This document shows positions 14,300 through 28,965 of a stretch of DNA of 64,000 nucleotides, in pieces (position 1 is the stretch's first letter; every line of letters begins with the position of its first letter). This stretch comes from the human T2T-CHM13v2.0 reference genome, Homo sapiens. The translations under genes were made by a program, and so were the position numbers. Below the pieces are notes generated by a model. That model searched no databases. It saw nothing but the letters and a program-made list of their open reading frames with translations, and was not told the origin of the DNA. The stretch lies in the NCBI RefSeq assembly GCF_009914755.1, contig NC_060932.1. One strand, 5' to 3'.

Positions 14300-15900
14300 A
14301 TACTTTGTATGACTTCAGTCTTTTTAAATTCATTGAGACTTGCTTTGTGGACAAACATAGTCTCTTCTGGAGAGTATTCCATGTAAACTTTAGAAGAATG
14401 TGTGTTCTGCTTTGTTTGAAAAAATGTTCTGTATATGTCTGTTAGATCTAGTTGGTTTATGTGTTGTACAAATTCTCTGTTTCCCTATTTATCTTTTGTC
14501 AAGTTCTTCTATCTGTTATTGAATAGGATGTATTGAAGTCTATTATTCTAGAGCTTTCTACGTCTCACTTTAGTTGTGTCAGTGCTTGCTTCCTATATTT
14601 TGGGACTCTATGTTTGGTGCATTTATGTTTATAATTATTATATCTCCGATTGAATTTATTCTTTAATCAAATATAGTATCCTTCTCAACTTCAACAACAT
14701 ATTGATATTAAGCATATTTAAGAAAGTTGCTTTGTAAAGTCTTTGTGTAGTAAGTACAATGTCTGGCCTTCTCAGGGACATGTTCTGTCAGTTAATTTCG
14801 TTCCTTTGAATGGGCTATACTTTTTCCTTATATGCCTTAGGATTTTGTTGCTGTTGAAAATGGGGTGTTTGAAAATTACAGTGTTGTGTCTCTGGAAATC
14901 AGAGTCTCCTCTTTCACCGAGGTTTGCTTTTTTTGTTGTTTTTGGTTTTATGTATCTCTTTTTTTTGTCAAGTGACTTTTCCCAACTATTTTTGTAGGGA
15001 TTATATTCCTTGTCTTGTGTGGTCACTGAAGTCTCTGTTTCTTAGTTAATCTTCTGGTACTGTTTTTTTTGTGTGTGGTTTTTTTTTTTTTTTTTTTTAA
15101 GAGATGGGGTCTTACTCTGTCACCCAGGCTTGGCAGGAGCCACTGTGCCTAGCCTGGTAGTGTTTTGACAGAGATTTCCTTGAATGCCAGGAGCTAAAAC
15201 AAATAAACAAACAAAAATACTTTTTCCAGTTTTTGCAGGTTGGCTCTTTGCTGGGGCCCTCCTTCAATAGTGAGCCAGACTTGTGTCTAGGCTAGTATTT
15301 AGCCTAAGGTGAAAAAGCTTAAGGTCTTCCTGGGTTTTATTCTGAGCATGTGTGTGGCTTTCTAATTTCACCCATATATATGGATGCTTTTGATTGCCCT
15401 AATTTCCTAAGGTAACTTTCTTCACGTCTTTTCTTCCCAGACCTCAGGTCATGTGTTGCATGTCTCATTTGTACTCTTTGACCCCAGGTGTCTGGATTGT
15501 TTTTGGGCAATGCCAACCACTTCCAGCCTGGATGAGTTTTGAGTTTTAAGCATGAACCTTGTCAAGTATCCCTGACAGGTTGGAATGGAGTCACTAAAAA
15601 TTTATGAATGCGTTCTACTTGTTCCTATTGGAACCAGGGACCAGGGTCCCATTCTTGGAATATGGGCTGCCATCACACTGGGAGGAGATAGGGCAAAGGC
15701 AAATAAGAATGCCGTAAAGCTTTCCTATCCTTTGAAGTTCTTGATTCAGTGTTCAGTTGGTTGCTGTAAGCATTTCACTGTTTTCCAGAGTTCTGACAAA
15801 GTTAGTTCTGACAGTTGGTGCTTGTTTTTTGATGTTTTAGGTGCAGGGAGGTGTATGGGCACTTGGAATTGTCTACTCTGACATTTTTTCGACATCTCCC
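14300..15900 (-). mobile_element. Degenerate old L1M ORF2 and 5'-region fragments
   Basis: TACTTTGTATGA..TTTAAATT..TTGAGACTTG and GTTCTGTATATGTCTGTTAGATCTAGTTGG motifs; boundaries vague. Confidence 0.55.
15067..15154 (-). mobile_element. Internally deleted mini-Alu/FLAM
   Basis: Tail and Alu 3' end fused directly to the Alu 5' end; TSD TGGTA(C/G)TGTTTT. Confidence 0.7.
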
Positions 15901-16115
15901 AGTCAGCCTTGTTCTCTTGCAGTAGTCCATTTAAAAACCCACAGAAGCCTTTCCTTCTACCACCGCCACACACGCTGCAGGCAACAGATGCCACCTTACT
16001 TGTCATACCCTCTTCCTGTATCTCCCTGGCAATCACCTCAATTTCTGTTGTATTTTTGGTATAGTTATTAGCTGAATACTAGTGTTAATATTTTCCCTAT
16101 TAAATGTTAGGTTAA

Positions 16116-16422
<307 letters not shown>

Positions 16423-16485
16423 TTAGATTAAATAAACATTAAATTAAATGCACTAAATATTAGATTTTTGAAAAATCTTTTGTGA

Positions 16486-16630
16486 TGTCTTAGTCCATCA
16501 GGGCTGCTATAACAAAATCCCACCATAGACTAGGTTGTCTATAAGCAACGGCCCTTTATCTCTCACAGTTCTTGGGGGTTTGGTTTTAATGCATGAATTT
16601 AGCTGGGAAACAAACTTTCAGACCATAGCA
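16486..16630 (-). mobile_element. Internally deleted MST/MLT1A-like LTR remnant
   Basis: TGTCTTAGTCCAT..GGCTGCTATAACAAAAT start and TTCAGACCATAGCA end. Confidence 0.6.
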
Positions 16631-16789
16631 GATGCCTTGTGATCTTCATGACACCTTGAGGCCACATTTTGGGATTTTTCCCCCACTGTGAACACGCAAT
16701 CCTGAAATGACCCAAAGCAGCGATAAATATGATTTGGTTTATATACAACTTTATAGTAACATCTTCACTGGAAAATGAAGGATAGTTCA

Positions 16790-17069
<280 letters not shown>

Positions 17070-17590
17070 TCAAACAGTGGTCATTGCACGTGGCTTTTTC
17101 AGAACTTATGGTTCCTTCATGTAACGTGAGATATAGTATAGGACACAGTATATGCAGGAGAAGACAAGTTCTACCATTGTACGTGAGCTAGAAATGATCA
17201 TCTCAACAAGAATTTCAGGCTCTTTGATGCAAGAATGTATGGTGTCTTTCTGGTGTTCCTTGGCCACTTCTGTCTTTGATGAATCATTTTGATACTGGAT
17301 TGGGATTCACTGTTAATTTTTCAGGAGTACAGTCTAAGAGTTAATACACTGCATTTATTTTGAAGACTGAGTAGAGGAAAACTAGAAAAAGAGTTGCTAG
17401 TAAATTATAATTATGGTTTCTGCTAATCAAATAAGGATGCCGATGCCCAAGAGAGCATGCCATCTTCTTCATCATCCCTCATTGCCCTCACCTTGTGTGT
17501 CCAGGTTTAAACTGGAAATATCATTTGGTTAAAATTCTCCCTAAAACTAAAGAAGTACACCTGCAGTTCTTTGCTTAAAATAGCGATAGC

Positions 17591-17909
<319 letters not shown>

Positions 17910-20900
17910 CTAGGGAATGGTTGTGTTACTCAGTATTGACATGCTGCTTCAGGGGATTTTCTTGGATTCAAGGCGTATCTTAACCCTGTTGGTACCTCTG
18001 GTTCTTTGGTGTACTTAAGCACATATCTCCTTTAAACCTCCTATTAGTAAGGTGAAGTGGGAAGGTAGGCAGGTGGGATGACCTTTGTTTCACAGATTTG
18101 TAAGCAAAGCTTTAGTGCCATTGTTTCTTAATTAAGTGATGGTGTTGGTATGGGAGACAGGTCTCAGGTATACAAGGCTAGGAGTGGTCTTGAGAATATT
18201 TTACATGTGACAAATGGATATTGAGAAATAGTTACATGGTTAGAGAAGAACAGTGTAGTTAGGAATTAATGGATGGAAAAGAAAAGGGGGATCCTAAGAA
18301 TCAAAGACCCTCTCTGTTGTGGCATGTATGTTTGTGTGTATTTAGTTGTATCTGTCTGCGTGTGTTTGTTTATTGATTGTGTTTTGGCCACATAGCTTAT
18401 AATGTAATGCTTTTGAAAGTGACAAAGCCATATATCTTTTAAGATAGGGACTTAAAACAAGAACCTCTTGAATTTTCACTTTATTTCATTCTTTTCTGCT
18501 TTTTTCCCTTTCGGATCTTTTATTTTCCCCACAGGAACCCATAGGGGAGAAGACTTAGAATAACGTAAATGCAGGGGCGATGAAACTGAGGAGAAAGGGC
18601 TAATGACAGCCCTGAGTAAGTGCTGGGAAAAGAGCCTGGACCCCAGGGGTGGAGAAAAGGAAAAAGTCTAGCGAGTACCTAAGTAATTGACCTCGTTCCT
18701 AGCATGGCTGCTATGCCACACAATTACAGAGTGTGATATTGTAAAGGATCAGAGAACTGTGGGCTCTGCTTGAGGCACTTTCAAACCTCACTGCTCTACC
18801 TGAATTGAAGCTGAAGCCCGTGGGATGATTGACTTCTGACTTTCTGGCAGTGAATAGGCAGACCCAGAAGGGAAGTGGGTAGGAAGTAGTGCTGGCCTGG
18901 CCCTGTTTATCTTCCCCACTGTAGGCAGGGGGATTGTACACTTGAAATCAGCATGAGAGTGGCCCCCCAAAACATGCTCACATTACTGTTTGGAAGCATG
19001 TGTCTGAAGTTAGCTACATAGCTGGGTTTGAGGGATGGTTGTCTTTGTGATGTCTCTCTCTACTTTTGGCCTGCGTGTATTTTCCAGTGAGGGCTGGGGC
19101 AGGGACCACAGAGAAGATTTAGAACAAAGTTAAGTTCCAACCCTTCATTTAGCCCTGTGACCTAGGTAGAACAAGCTACTCTACTCTCTTTGCCACAGTT
19201 CCTCAACTGTAAAATGTGATAACAATGATACATTTACCTCAGAGGAAGAAGAAATGAGTTTATGTGCTCAGGCAGTGCCTAGCACAAAGTCAGTGCGGTA
19301 GAAATGTGGTCTGGGGTAGCAGACCACGCAAACAACAAAGCAATGCGTTCTATTCCTCCTGAGTGTCTCGACCACATTCAGTGCATATTTTGTTATTCAC
19401 TATTAGTTTTCTAAATGTTTGCCCTTAGACTTTGTTGTAGGACTTCATTTTGTCGTAGTTACCTATCTCCAGCGGATGCAGGGAAATAGTTACAGATGTG
19501 ACGAAAGAAAGACATGGTGTATGCAGATTTGGTGGATTTTGTGAGCTTTTTGATTCTAGGTGAGGACTTGGGAAATGATAATGGTGACAAGAGATAAAGT
19601 CTCTGATGTGCCAGTCACATTTTCCCTGCAACAGTAATCATTTGTTAGAACTCAATGCAAATAGAAATATACTTGATAATACATTCTTCTGGGTAATATA
19701 AGCTGTGCAATGCTTATACTTTATGCAAAACTATATGTTTAAAATCTGCTCATGTTTAAAGAATGGTGATTATTACGACTGGCCCTCACAGAGCATGGTT
19801 TAATATTTTCTAACAATTTTTATTATTAAATTTGTGGATTTTATGATCATTTTAAATGGTGCTGATTTTATTCGAAAATAATTTTAGGTTTACTGTGGTA
19901 TTATTTTATTAAATGGTTCTAGTTTCCTTGTTTTCCTGTACAAGTAGAACCAATTGGATAAAATAACCTGTTTCTCTTTAAAGAAGAGCTGTTTTCTTTT
20001 TCTGTAAGTGACATTTTTGCAGGCTCATGGTCCAAAACGATTAGCTAGACTGAGAATAAGGTAAGTGATGAATTAGCAAAAATTTCTGTGAACTCCTAAA
20101 ACACTCTTACCTTGTAGCTATGCTAGGATAGGAATATTGGAGGTGACATCACTGTTAGTGGTAATGGCTTAAATTGAAACACTTCGGATTCTTACAAAGT
20201 TCTTTTTCTGGCTCCCAAGTGTCAGCCTGACAGACCGTCTTAAAACCTGGAGGTTCAGTGCCTTACTGGGTTAACCAGTAGGCCTTTTGTAAGAATGTTT
20301 AAAAATTTTTAGAAAGTCAGAAGTTGGACTGTTTTAAATAATCAAAATAACTAGTGAAGTTTCTCCTTTGTAATTTATGGAGAAGGAAATATGTTTTGTA
20401 ATTTTTACCTGCCAAATTATTAAAATTTTCACTTTGCAATTTAGCTGCTTTTAAATGAAATTTGAAACAAAACTACCTGGTACTTGATTATAATTAAAAA
20501 AGAGAGTTTTTTGTTTGTTTTTTTGTTTTGTTTTGTTTTTCCTTCCACAATTGATCACGATTACTCTACTCTAGGTTGTGACCTTGGTGAATCTGATATC
20601 ACCATTTGGAAAATTAAGGCCCTAAAGCTGGAGTGAGTTTGGGAGGCTGGAGTGTAGCTCTTCAGGGCCAAGGGGGAGAAGGCGGCTTTTCCTGGGTTTA
20701 CTCTGTGGTGAGCAGATCAGTCCTTGTTTCATTTAAACAGCCCACGGGCAGCAACCACTTCTCCTCAACTTTCCCAGCTTTCTCTACCTTTAACTCTTGG
20801 ATTATAGTTTCTTTGCTAATTCTTTTGAAAACATTTGGCTTCCTTTTACAATTAGGTGGGTCCCTGTGTAAGCAAATAAAAAGCTTTCTATCTTGGTCAT

Positions 20901-22045
20901 ATCACTTTATTTCTCTGGGTCACTTTTTTTACATATAAAATATGATGAAGTTGGATTGCTTTCTAGATGTAGAACTCTGTGAAGTGGGACGAGATGAGAA
21001 AAGGTCCTCTGGTGGGCCTTCCTCTTTTCTTTTTCTTTCTCATTTTGCTCAGTTCCTTGTATTCACTACAACCTGGGTAAGTAAGTAAAATTTATCTTTA
21101 GAAAGGCAAGCTAACCCTTCTTTCATTTCCGTCTTTTTCAGTGAAGCCAACCAGAATTTTGAGTTGCAGGTACCTGATGATATACTTCAGTAAATATTTT
21201 ATAATTTTACAAATATATTAAATATTAAAATACCAATAATAAGAAAGTTTCTGTGATAGCTTCCAAAGTGATTGACTGACTAATCAGTAAGATTTACTAA
21301 GGACTTAAAATGCTCCCAACATAGTAAAGAACTATAGGAGCCACTGAAAGTGTTTACAGTATATGAGAAAGATGAAAACATCTGAAAGAAAGAACTGCCA
21401 GGCACTAAATCATGCTCTGCTGAGTGAGTGTGCCCCAGCATGGGGATGATGTGTGCATTGTGGTCATTGTTAGCACCTACTGAGTTTAGTTGTAGTTCAG
21501 TTGTAGTTTGTGAGATGCAAGTTATGGGTGAGTGAAAAGAGTTAAAGACAATCTAGGTTTTTAGGGACATCATGAGCAAAGGCACTAGACGGGAATTAGG
21601 CTGGTTCAGGTGAGGAGAGGAGAGGAATGAAGAGAGGGTATGGATAGCTTTGTGATATGGACACTGAGTAGGCACTTGAAGGAGTAGAAGACTTACCAAG
21701 GTAGGTACTGGTGGTGGCAAGATAACTCTAGACCCCATTCAGAGGAGTTTAGATTGGAGGGAGGGAGATACTCGGAAGCGTTTGTGTTGGTTCCTTGAAT
21801 TCCATCCTATATCTTTGATTTCTTGAATTTAATTTCTACCAGGTACTCTGCCTAGATCAGTTCCTGTTGGCAGTTTTGATTTGACTGGATGTTTTAACAA
21901 GTCCTCTTAACTTTGCTTTATTCTAATCTGGTTATAATATTATGGAATCTTAAAAATCTTAAGGTTAGAAGGGCCCATATTCACAACCAGTACAGGAGCC
22001 ACACCCTGAATTTTTGAAGTAGTTATTCTGTTTCTGAATGTGTGA

Positions 22046-22365
<320 letters not shown>

Positions 22366-22784
22366 TGTGAACCATTTTTTAAGGCATCATTACATTGGTA
22401 GATTTCATTCAGAGGTTAAAGTCTGCCTTTCCTCGCTTTATCTGAGCTATACAAAGTCTACTTTTTCAGTATTGGAGCCCCTCAGACAGTGGAAGACAGT
22501 TATGATGCCTCCTTCTAAACTTTATTTATTTTCTTTGTCTAAATATTTCACTGTCTCTTCCTTTTATTTCAGGATTCCCCATCATTATTCCTTTTTTTTT
22601 TCCCCATAAAGGCCATCTCAGCTTCAGACTCACCATTATTCCTGTCCATCATCTGTATATGCTGCATCTTATTGACTACTCAGAATTGAACATAATATCC
22701 TTTTAAAAAAATAAATTGTGATGTTTTTAGCAGCAAACAACAGAAAATCCCTACTTATCTGGCTGAAACAATAAGGAATTTACT

Positions 22785-22961
22785 TTTTTTTTGTTTCTGA
22801 CGTACATTTTCTTCATATGTGATTATTTCTGAAATTGAGACACGTGGTCCATTTAAATGCATGGTGTGTCAGTTTGTTTGACAACATTTTTTCCTCACGA
22901 TGATTAACAAAATAATGATGCATCTTAACCACTGATGAGTCTTACATTTGATGAAATGTGA
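22785..22961 (+). mobile_element. MER104-like (TcMar-Tc2) DNA transposon inside an old MLT1-like LTR remnant
   Basis: AAAATAATGATGCATCTTA...GTCTTACATTTGATGAAATG resembles the recalled MER104 3' half. Confidence 0.6.
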
Positions 22962-23286
22962 TAATATCTCACATATCAGCAGCTCCTATAGGTAGTGCAG
23001 ATTCCTGGTTGGTTATTTTATCGGCTTGATTCCATCAAGGACCCAGCGTGGTGGATCTGCTTTTGGCTTGCCCTTGGGGTCATGAGATAGCTGCAGCGGG
23101 TCTAAGCATCATATCTCTAATCAACAACATTCTAAAGGCCAGAAGAGATAAGGTACCTTCTTTGTGTTCATTTTTAAGAGTAAGCAAAATTTCTAGAAGT
23201 TGCCCCTCCTTGGCTAGAATTGTTGTATACCCCATTTCTAAACTTAGAGATACGCAGTTGCCATTATTAGTTCAGTGGTTCTTGGT

Positions 23287-23442
23287 CAGTAGTTTTCAGA
23301 CTGGTCTGCATCAGAATGACTTGGAGGACTTATCAAAACACAGATTGCCAGGCCCCACCTGAAGAGTTTCTGCTCTAGTTTGGATTGGGGACTGACAATT
23401 TGTGTTTTTCACAAGTTCCTGATTGAAGCTGATGCTGCTGAT
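23287..23442. mobile_element. MER5A-like hAT-Charlie MITE
   Basis: TGCATCAGAAT..CTTGGAGG..CAGATTGCCAGGCCCCACC..ACAAGTTCC..GCTGATGCTGCTG. Confidence 0.7.
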
Positions 23443-23834
23443 GTAGGGAATGGGGATGGGTCCAGCCTGCCTGAAAGCACATGGCAAGCTGATGGCCATA
23501 CAGAAGCAGCGTCTGTTAGCAGAAAGTGAGGCGGGGCAGCTGTGAGGACAGCAGCTGTTCTTTTCTCTCGCGATCTAGGTCAGTATTTGCCATAGCTGTC
23601 GTAACAGACTGCACTGTGGTCATTACTTGGGGGTTGTATAGACTATGTTATTAGTAAAGTAAGTTTTGAGAATGACTTACTTAAATTATATGCAGCAGTG
23701 GATCAAGTAAGTTGAAGATAATGTTTGTTATTCTCTGATGACATGCTTTCTAGAGGGTGAAGGACAAGGGTCATTGAGACCCCAAAGAATTGGGTACCCC
23801 TCTGGGAATATATGGTGGATGTTAGTAACAGCTG

Positions 23835-24022
23835 ATGTGTATTAACTCATTGAAACGGCCAACTAAATTCATGAGCTAGTACTGTTAATGTCCACCTGTC
23901 TCAAGGAGGAAACTGTGGCTTAAAGAAGGTAAGTAATTTGCCTAATGTCATACAGCTTGTAAATGGTAGAACCAGGTTTCAGAACCATGCAGTTTGGCCT
24001 CACAAGCCACACTTTTAATCAC
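23835..24022 (-). mobile_element. MIR SINE
   Basis: GAGGAAACTGTGGCTTA..AAGTAATTTGCCTAATGTCATACAGCT core. Confidence 0.7.
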
Positions 24023-25178
24023 GTGTCCTACTGAGTGCCGGCAAGCGGGTCCTCAGTTGCAGGAAGGGTAAGACTGAGAGGTTCATTTTATGTTCTTGGC
24101 TTGTATGCAGTATGGTGGGATTAGTGTTCTGGTAATTATTCCCTTTCTCCTAGGCTTATCTCTGCCTATATTTTTGCATTTGATGTACTTGAACCTAAGC
24201 GTAGAACTTAAAAAATTGTGTTAGCTGTGTCTGTCCGTTTCGTCATCTTTGCATTTAGAAGCCTGCCATTCCTGTCTGTGCACATGCTGGAGGGATATAC
24301 GATTGTATAAATAGAATTGAGCACAGAGACCTGTGTTTAAACGTTTTGTTTTGTTTTTTTGCTATTGATGGAGGTGGATTCTTTTCATAAGAGGGATTGT
24401 GTTGGTCAGGGTCTCAATGGCGACTAATGAAGTAAACACAAAGGTTTTTAGTTGCTCCATAATTGTTGGGAAAGCTAAAGAAACTCAAGGCGAAGTTTCT
24501 AGGCACAGCTCCTGAAGCAGAGTGAAAATCCGGTTGTCTGATTTCTTGCCAGGCCCTGCCTAGCACTTTCAGCTGTAGCCATCCTGAACAACTGGTCATG
24601 TTCTCTTGCTTGTAGTCTTTGTGGATGCTGTTTTCTTTCTCTGGTACACTCAGTCTTCCTCTTTTCTTGGCGAGTGCTTCTCATCCTTCAGGCCCTATTC
24701 TAAGTGTTACTTTTAAATTTTTCCTGGTCCTTCCATAATAATCTCGCTCAGACCGTTAGATGCTTCTGCTCTCTGCTTCCATTGCACACTGTATTTCCCC
24801 TGTCATTATGGCTGACGATTGATTATTGCCTTTCCCCACTCCTCACTGAGTCCCGGTGCCTGGCACAACACCATGCTTGAATGTAGCAAGTTGGGTGGTT
24901 CAGAATTGAAAAGTCACTGATTACACGTTTGAAGCTTCATCATCAAGAAATAGATACCAATCACCAACTTTTAAGTTGTAATTTATAATTTTCATAATTG
25001 CAATTGACTCAACAGATTTTTGCTTTGGTTTGAGTGTAACACCCTTTATAACATATCTAATGCCGCTTGATGGAGATTGGATAACTGGCCTGTTTGCTAA
25101 TAATTCTTTGAAGTTTGGAAACTGGGAATCTCAGAGATTTGTAACTAGATAAAAGAGACTCTAAAAAATAAACATTTT

Positions 25179-25503
25179 GGCCAGGCATGGTGGCTCACGC
25201 CTGTAATCCCAGCACTTTCGGAGGCCAAGATGGAAGGATTGCTTGAGACCGGGAGATTGAGCCCAGCAACATGGTGAGACCTTCATCTCTACCAGAAAAA
25301 CCCCAAAGAATTAGCTATGTATGGTGGCATGCACCTATAGCCCTAGCTAATAGAGAGTCTGAGGTGGGAGCATCCCTTGGGTCCAGGAATTCGAGGCTGC
25401 AGTGAGCTATGATCACGCCACTGCACACCAGCCTGGGCAACAGAGAGAGACTGCATCTCTAAAAATCATACATACATACATACATACATACATACATACA
25501 TAC
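25179..25503 (+). mobile_element. AluJ-like SINE with (CATA)n tail
   Basis: Alu dimer plus tetranucleotide tail. Confidence 0.85.
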
Positions 25504-25504
25504 C

Positions 25505-26250
25505 TTTTATTTTAAAATAATTTTAGGTTTTTTATGTTTACAGAAAAGCTTAAAGATAGCACAGAGTATCCATATACACCTCATCAGCTTCCCCCACTGT
25601 TAAAATTGTTTGTGACCATGGTACATTTGTCCAAACTAGGAAACCATCATTGGTATGTTAGTATTATACCCCAGGCTTTATTTGGATTTCTGCAGTTTTT
25701 CCATTTGTGTCTTCCTTCAGTTCCAAGGTTCAGCCTAGTGGACCATCTTGCGTTTTGTTGTCATGTCTCTGTCTCCTCTGCGCTGCAACAGTTTCTTGGT
25801 CTTTCCTTGCTTTTCATCACCCTGACAGTTTGGAGGCTTGCTGGTCAGGCATTTTGTAGGATGTTTGTCAATTTGGGTTAGTCTGACATTTTTCTTATTA
25901 GGCTGGGCTATGGATTTTTGGAAACAATACCCCAGAGGTGAAGTGCCCTCTCATGACCTCAAATTAGAGCATGTGTGATAGTCACATGACATCATGGCTG
26001 AGGTTCATCTCCGTCACTTGGTTAAAATCCTGTTTGCCAGGTTTCCTACTGTAAAGTTACTCTCTTTGCCTTTTCCCCCATCTTCCTTGGAAGCAAGTTC
26101 CTAAGTGTAGCCTACCCTGAAGGACTCTGTGTGTGTGTGTATGTGTGTGTGTGTGCATCTGTGTCTGTGGTGGGTGGGGTGTTAGGCATCACCTCCTGGA
26201 CTGGGGAGTATTTACCTACGTCATTTAGAATTCTTCTGTAAGCAAGATTT
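25505..26250 (-). mobile_element. L1MC-like 3' fragment
   Basis: TTTACAGAAAAG..AAAGATAGCACAGAG, CTGGTCAGGCATTTTGTAG and CAGAGGTGAAGTGCC motifs. Confidence 0.7.
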
Positions 26251-26329
26251 TGTCTTTCCCCTTCCCACCCCAAAATAGATATTTTGATTTACCACTGTGC
26301 AGTCACTTTGTAGTATTTTGATGACAATT

Positions 26330-27310
26330 GAATAGATAATGGGTGTCTACTATATGTTAGATACTGTGCTAATTTTGGGGGCAATAATTTTTAACTTCTT
26401 TGGGGTCACATGCCTCTTTGACAAACTGATATTTGCTGTAGACTTTTTCTCCAAAAACATTAAGATACACAAAATACTGCCTGCAATTTTAGGTGTTTCA
26501 CAGATCTTTGAAACTCTTATGATTTCAGTTAATGTAATGTCTGCCCTCCAGGAATTCAGCCCAGCTGAAGAGGCAGGCAGGTGGGGAGATAGAATAGGAT
26601 GTGTTGCATGCTCTCAGACATAGTTTTACATTGGATGAGATGGTAGGGAAAGCTGCAGAGGGGAGATGTTATTTGAATTTCGCCTTGATGAGTGAGGAAG
26701 AGTTAAATCAACAAAAGTTGGAAAAGCATTCAGAACAGAGGGAGAAAAACCGACAAAGGCCTATGCAAAGAAGCATGATGCACTTCAGAATTGGTGCAGA
26801 TTCTGACCTTGCCACAGTAAAAGGTGAAGAGGGAAGGGACTGGATGTAAAATTAGAGAGGCAGGAGAAGGCATAGAGTGGAAAGAGAATTGGATAAAGTC
26901 AAAATCTTTACAAGACCTTGTTTTGTTGCAAGTCAGGAGAGACTTGAATGTGTTTAAATAAAAGGAAAGCACTAGTAGAGAAGGAAAGCAGGTAATTGAA
27001 ATAGCTCCTGCAAAGGTGGAAGGGTTGAGTTCACACAGAATAGGCGCCTCCTTCATTGCATCAGGAGAGAAGGAGGACATGATCTAAATTTGCACTAAAT
27101 TGCTTGTGTGGATTGTATTTAGAATGATCAGCTTTATCCTGAAAATGCAAGAGAGCCATTGATGACAGAAGATCATGTTTGCATTTCGAGTAAGATCACT
27201 TTGACTGCAGTGGAATGGAGTGGGACAAAGTGGAAAAATAGACGGGTGGGAGGTTTGAGTAAGGTAGGGAGGCCATTGAGACTTCTGTAGTGCCAGTGTC
27301 TCTGCAAGTG
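26330..27310 (-). mobile_element. L2 fragments with a nested Charlie-type MITE (~26385-26520)
   Basis: Purine-rich L2 antisense motifs (CTTTATCCTGAAAATGCAAGAGAGCCATTGA, AAGATCACTTTGACTGCAGTG). Confidence 0.55.
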
Positions 27311-28349
27311 ATGAGGATGGTGCTTTGTAAGGACCTGTTACACTCTGTGTGCTGAGATACTGCTGAAATTGTCCAGAGAAAACTGTGTCTGTATATAAAA
27401 CAAACAGCTGTTGCCTCTTGAAGGAAGAGTAAAGCTATATTTGTGTGCATATAGTTCTTGAATCCCATGTGAGTATCTTGAATTCCATTAAGGCTCCTTA
27501 TCCTGAAGATAATGCACAACTATTGTGAAGTCTTTATTAATTTTTTTCTCTTGAGAGGGGTCCCTTGTTCACTTTATAAAATGAGATTTTAAAATATTCA
27601 CATTATAAAGTCTTTGGTCATACTGGTTTAAAAACAAATTTTTCCCTTCAGTTTTAAACATATCAGACTACCAGTATGGAATACTCGACCCGTAATTAAC
27701 TAATAAGGCAAGGAATCCAATCTGCCCAAATGTTAAATAGTGCCATTTAAAATTTGGAAGCCTGAAGCAAGACAGTAAGGCTTTGGTAACAGTGGCCAAG
27801 CCAAGTGGAATCTTTCTGAGTGATAAAATGAGCTTGTAAAATGAGCACAGTTGTGGGAGTATGCAGTATCAAGACTGGTGAAGCAGGTGCCAGTGGTTGG
27901 GGGCCTCAGGATGAAACCATGGTTCTGGCCAAAATATTGCTGTTTGTTTTAATCTCTAACGCAGCTCGGATAATATGAAGCTGTGCTGCTTGAAAACATT
28001 TTATATTTCTTGATTTGTCTTTCCCTTCCAGGAGTAGTAGACATGTTGTCAGCAGATTTATAAGAATATGATAGAATTTTAGAATTAAAATTTGAGTCCC
28101 TTAAGAATTGTAGACTACTGGGAAGATTTGAAGAGGGTAGAGGCAGTCAATGGAAAGAAAAGAGGACAGAAGACAAGGTACTTTTGTTTTCTCTTAAAAG
28201 AGTTGAAGGGTAGACCCTGTTTATAGGCAGAGAAGGAACCAACAGAAAAGGAGGATTACATGTATTCTAGAAACTCTTACTTAATTTTCAAGAAAACTGT
28301 AAAAAATACACTGACTGATACCTTTCCAGCATTAGCCAAACTGTGAGTT

Positions 28350-28965
28350 GTGAGGTGTGATTTCCAAGACTACTCTCACTTCTCACACCAACTGCAAGTT
28401 TGGGGTGTTTCCAAAACCACCTTCAGGTCTGACAATTTGCTGGAAGGACTCATAGAACTCACTGAAAGCTGTTACACTTATTGTTATGGTTTATTAAAGG
28501 GAAAAGATACAGATCAAAGGAAGCCAAAGGAAGCCATGGGGCAGAGTCTGGGAAGGTTCTAATGTGAATCTTCCGTTCTCCTCTTCCATGGAGGCTGGGC
28601 ATTGTTACCCTCCTGGTACTGATGTGTGACCGTACGCACGGAATGTTGCCAACCAAGGAATCTCTTCTGATTTTTGGTGTCTAGAGTTTTTATTAGAGCT
28701 TCCTGAGATAGCATGTTTGATTGATTGATTGCCCACAAAGTTGAACTCCGTCACCATGTCTACTGGTATCGTGTGAGCCAGAGCTCCCACCCTAAATCAC
28801 ATGATTGGTCCTTCTCATATGGCCAACCCTACCCTAAGATCCAGTGTGGCCAACCCCCACCCTAAACAAGGACACTTCTATTAGTTATGACACAGATTAC
28901 CTCCCACTAGCCGAGGGCAAAGGCCAGATGTCTCTTCTCGGCAAGGCCAGCTTCTTTCCTACCCA
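28350..28965. mobile_element. MER21-like LTR
   Basis: CACCAACTGCAAGTTTGGGG..CCAAAACCACCTTCAGG..GAAGGACTCATAGAACTCACTGAAAGCTGTTA. Confidence 0.7.
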
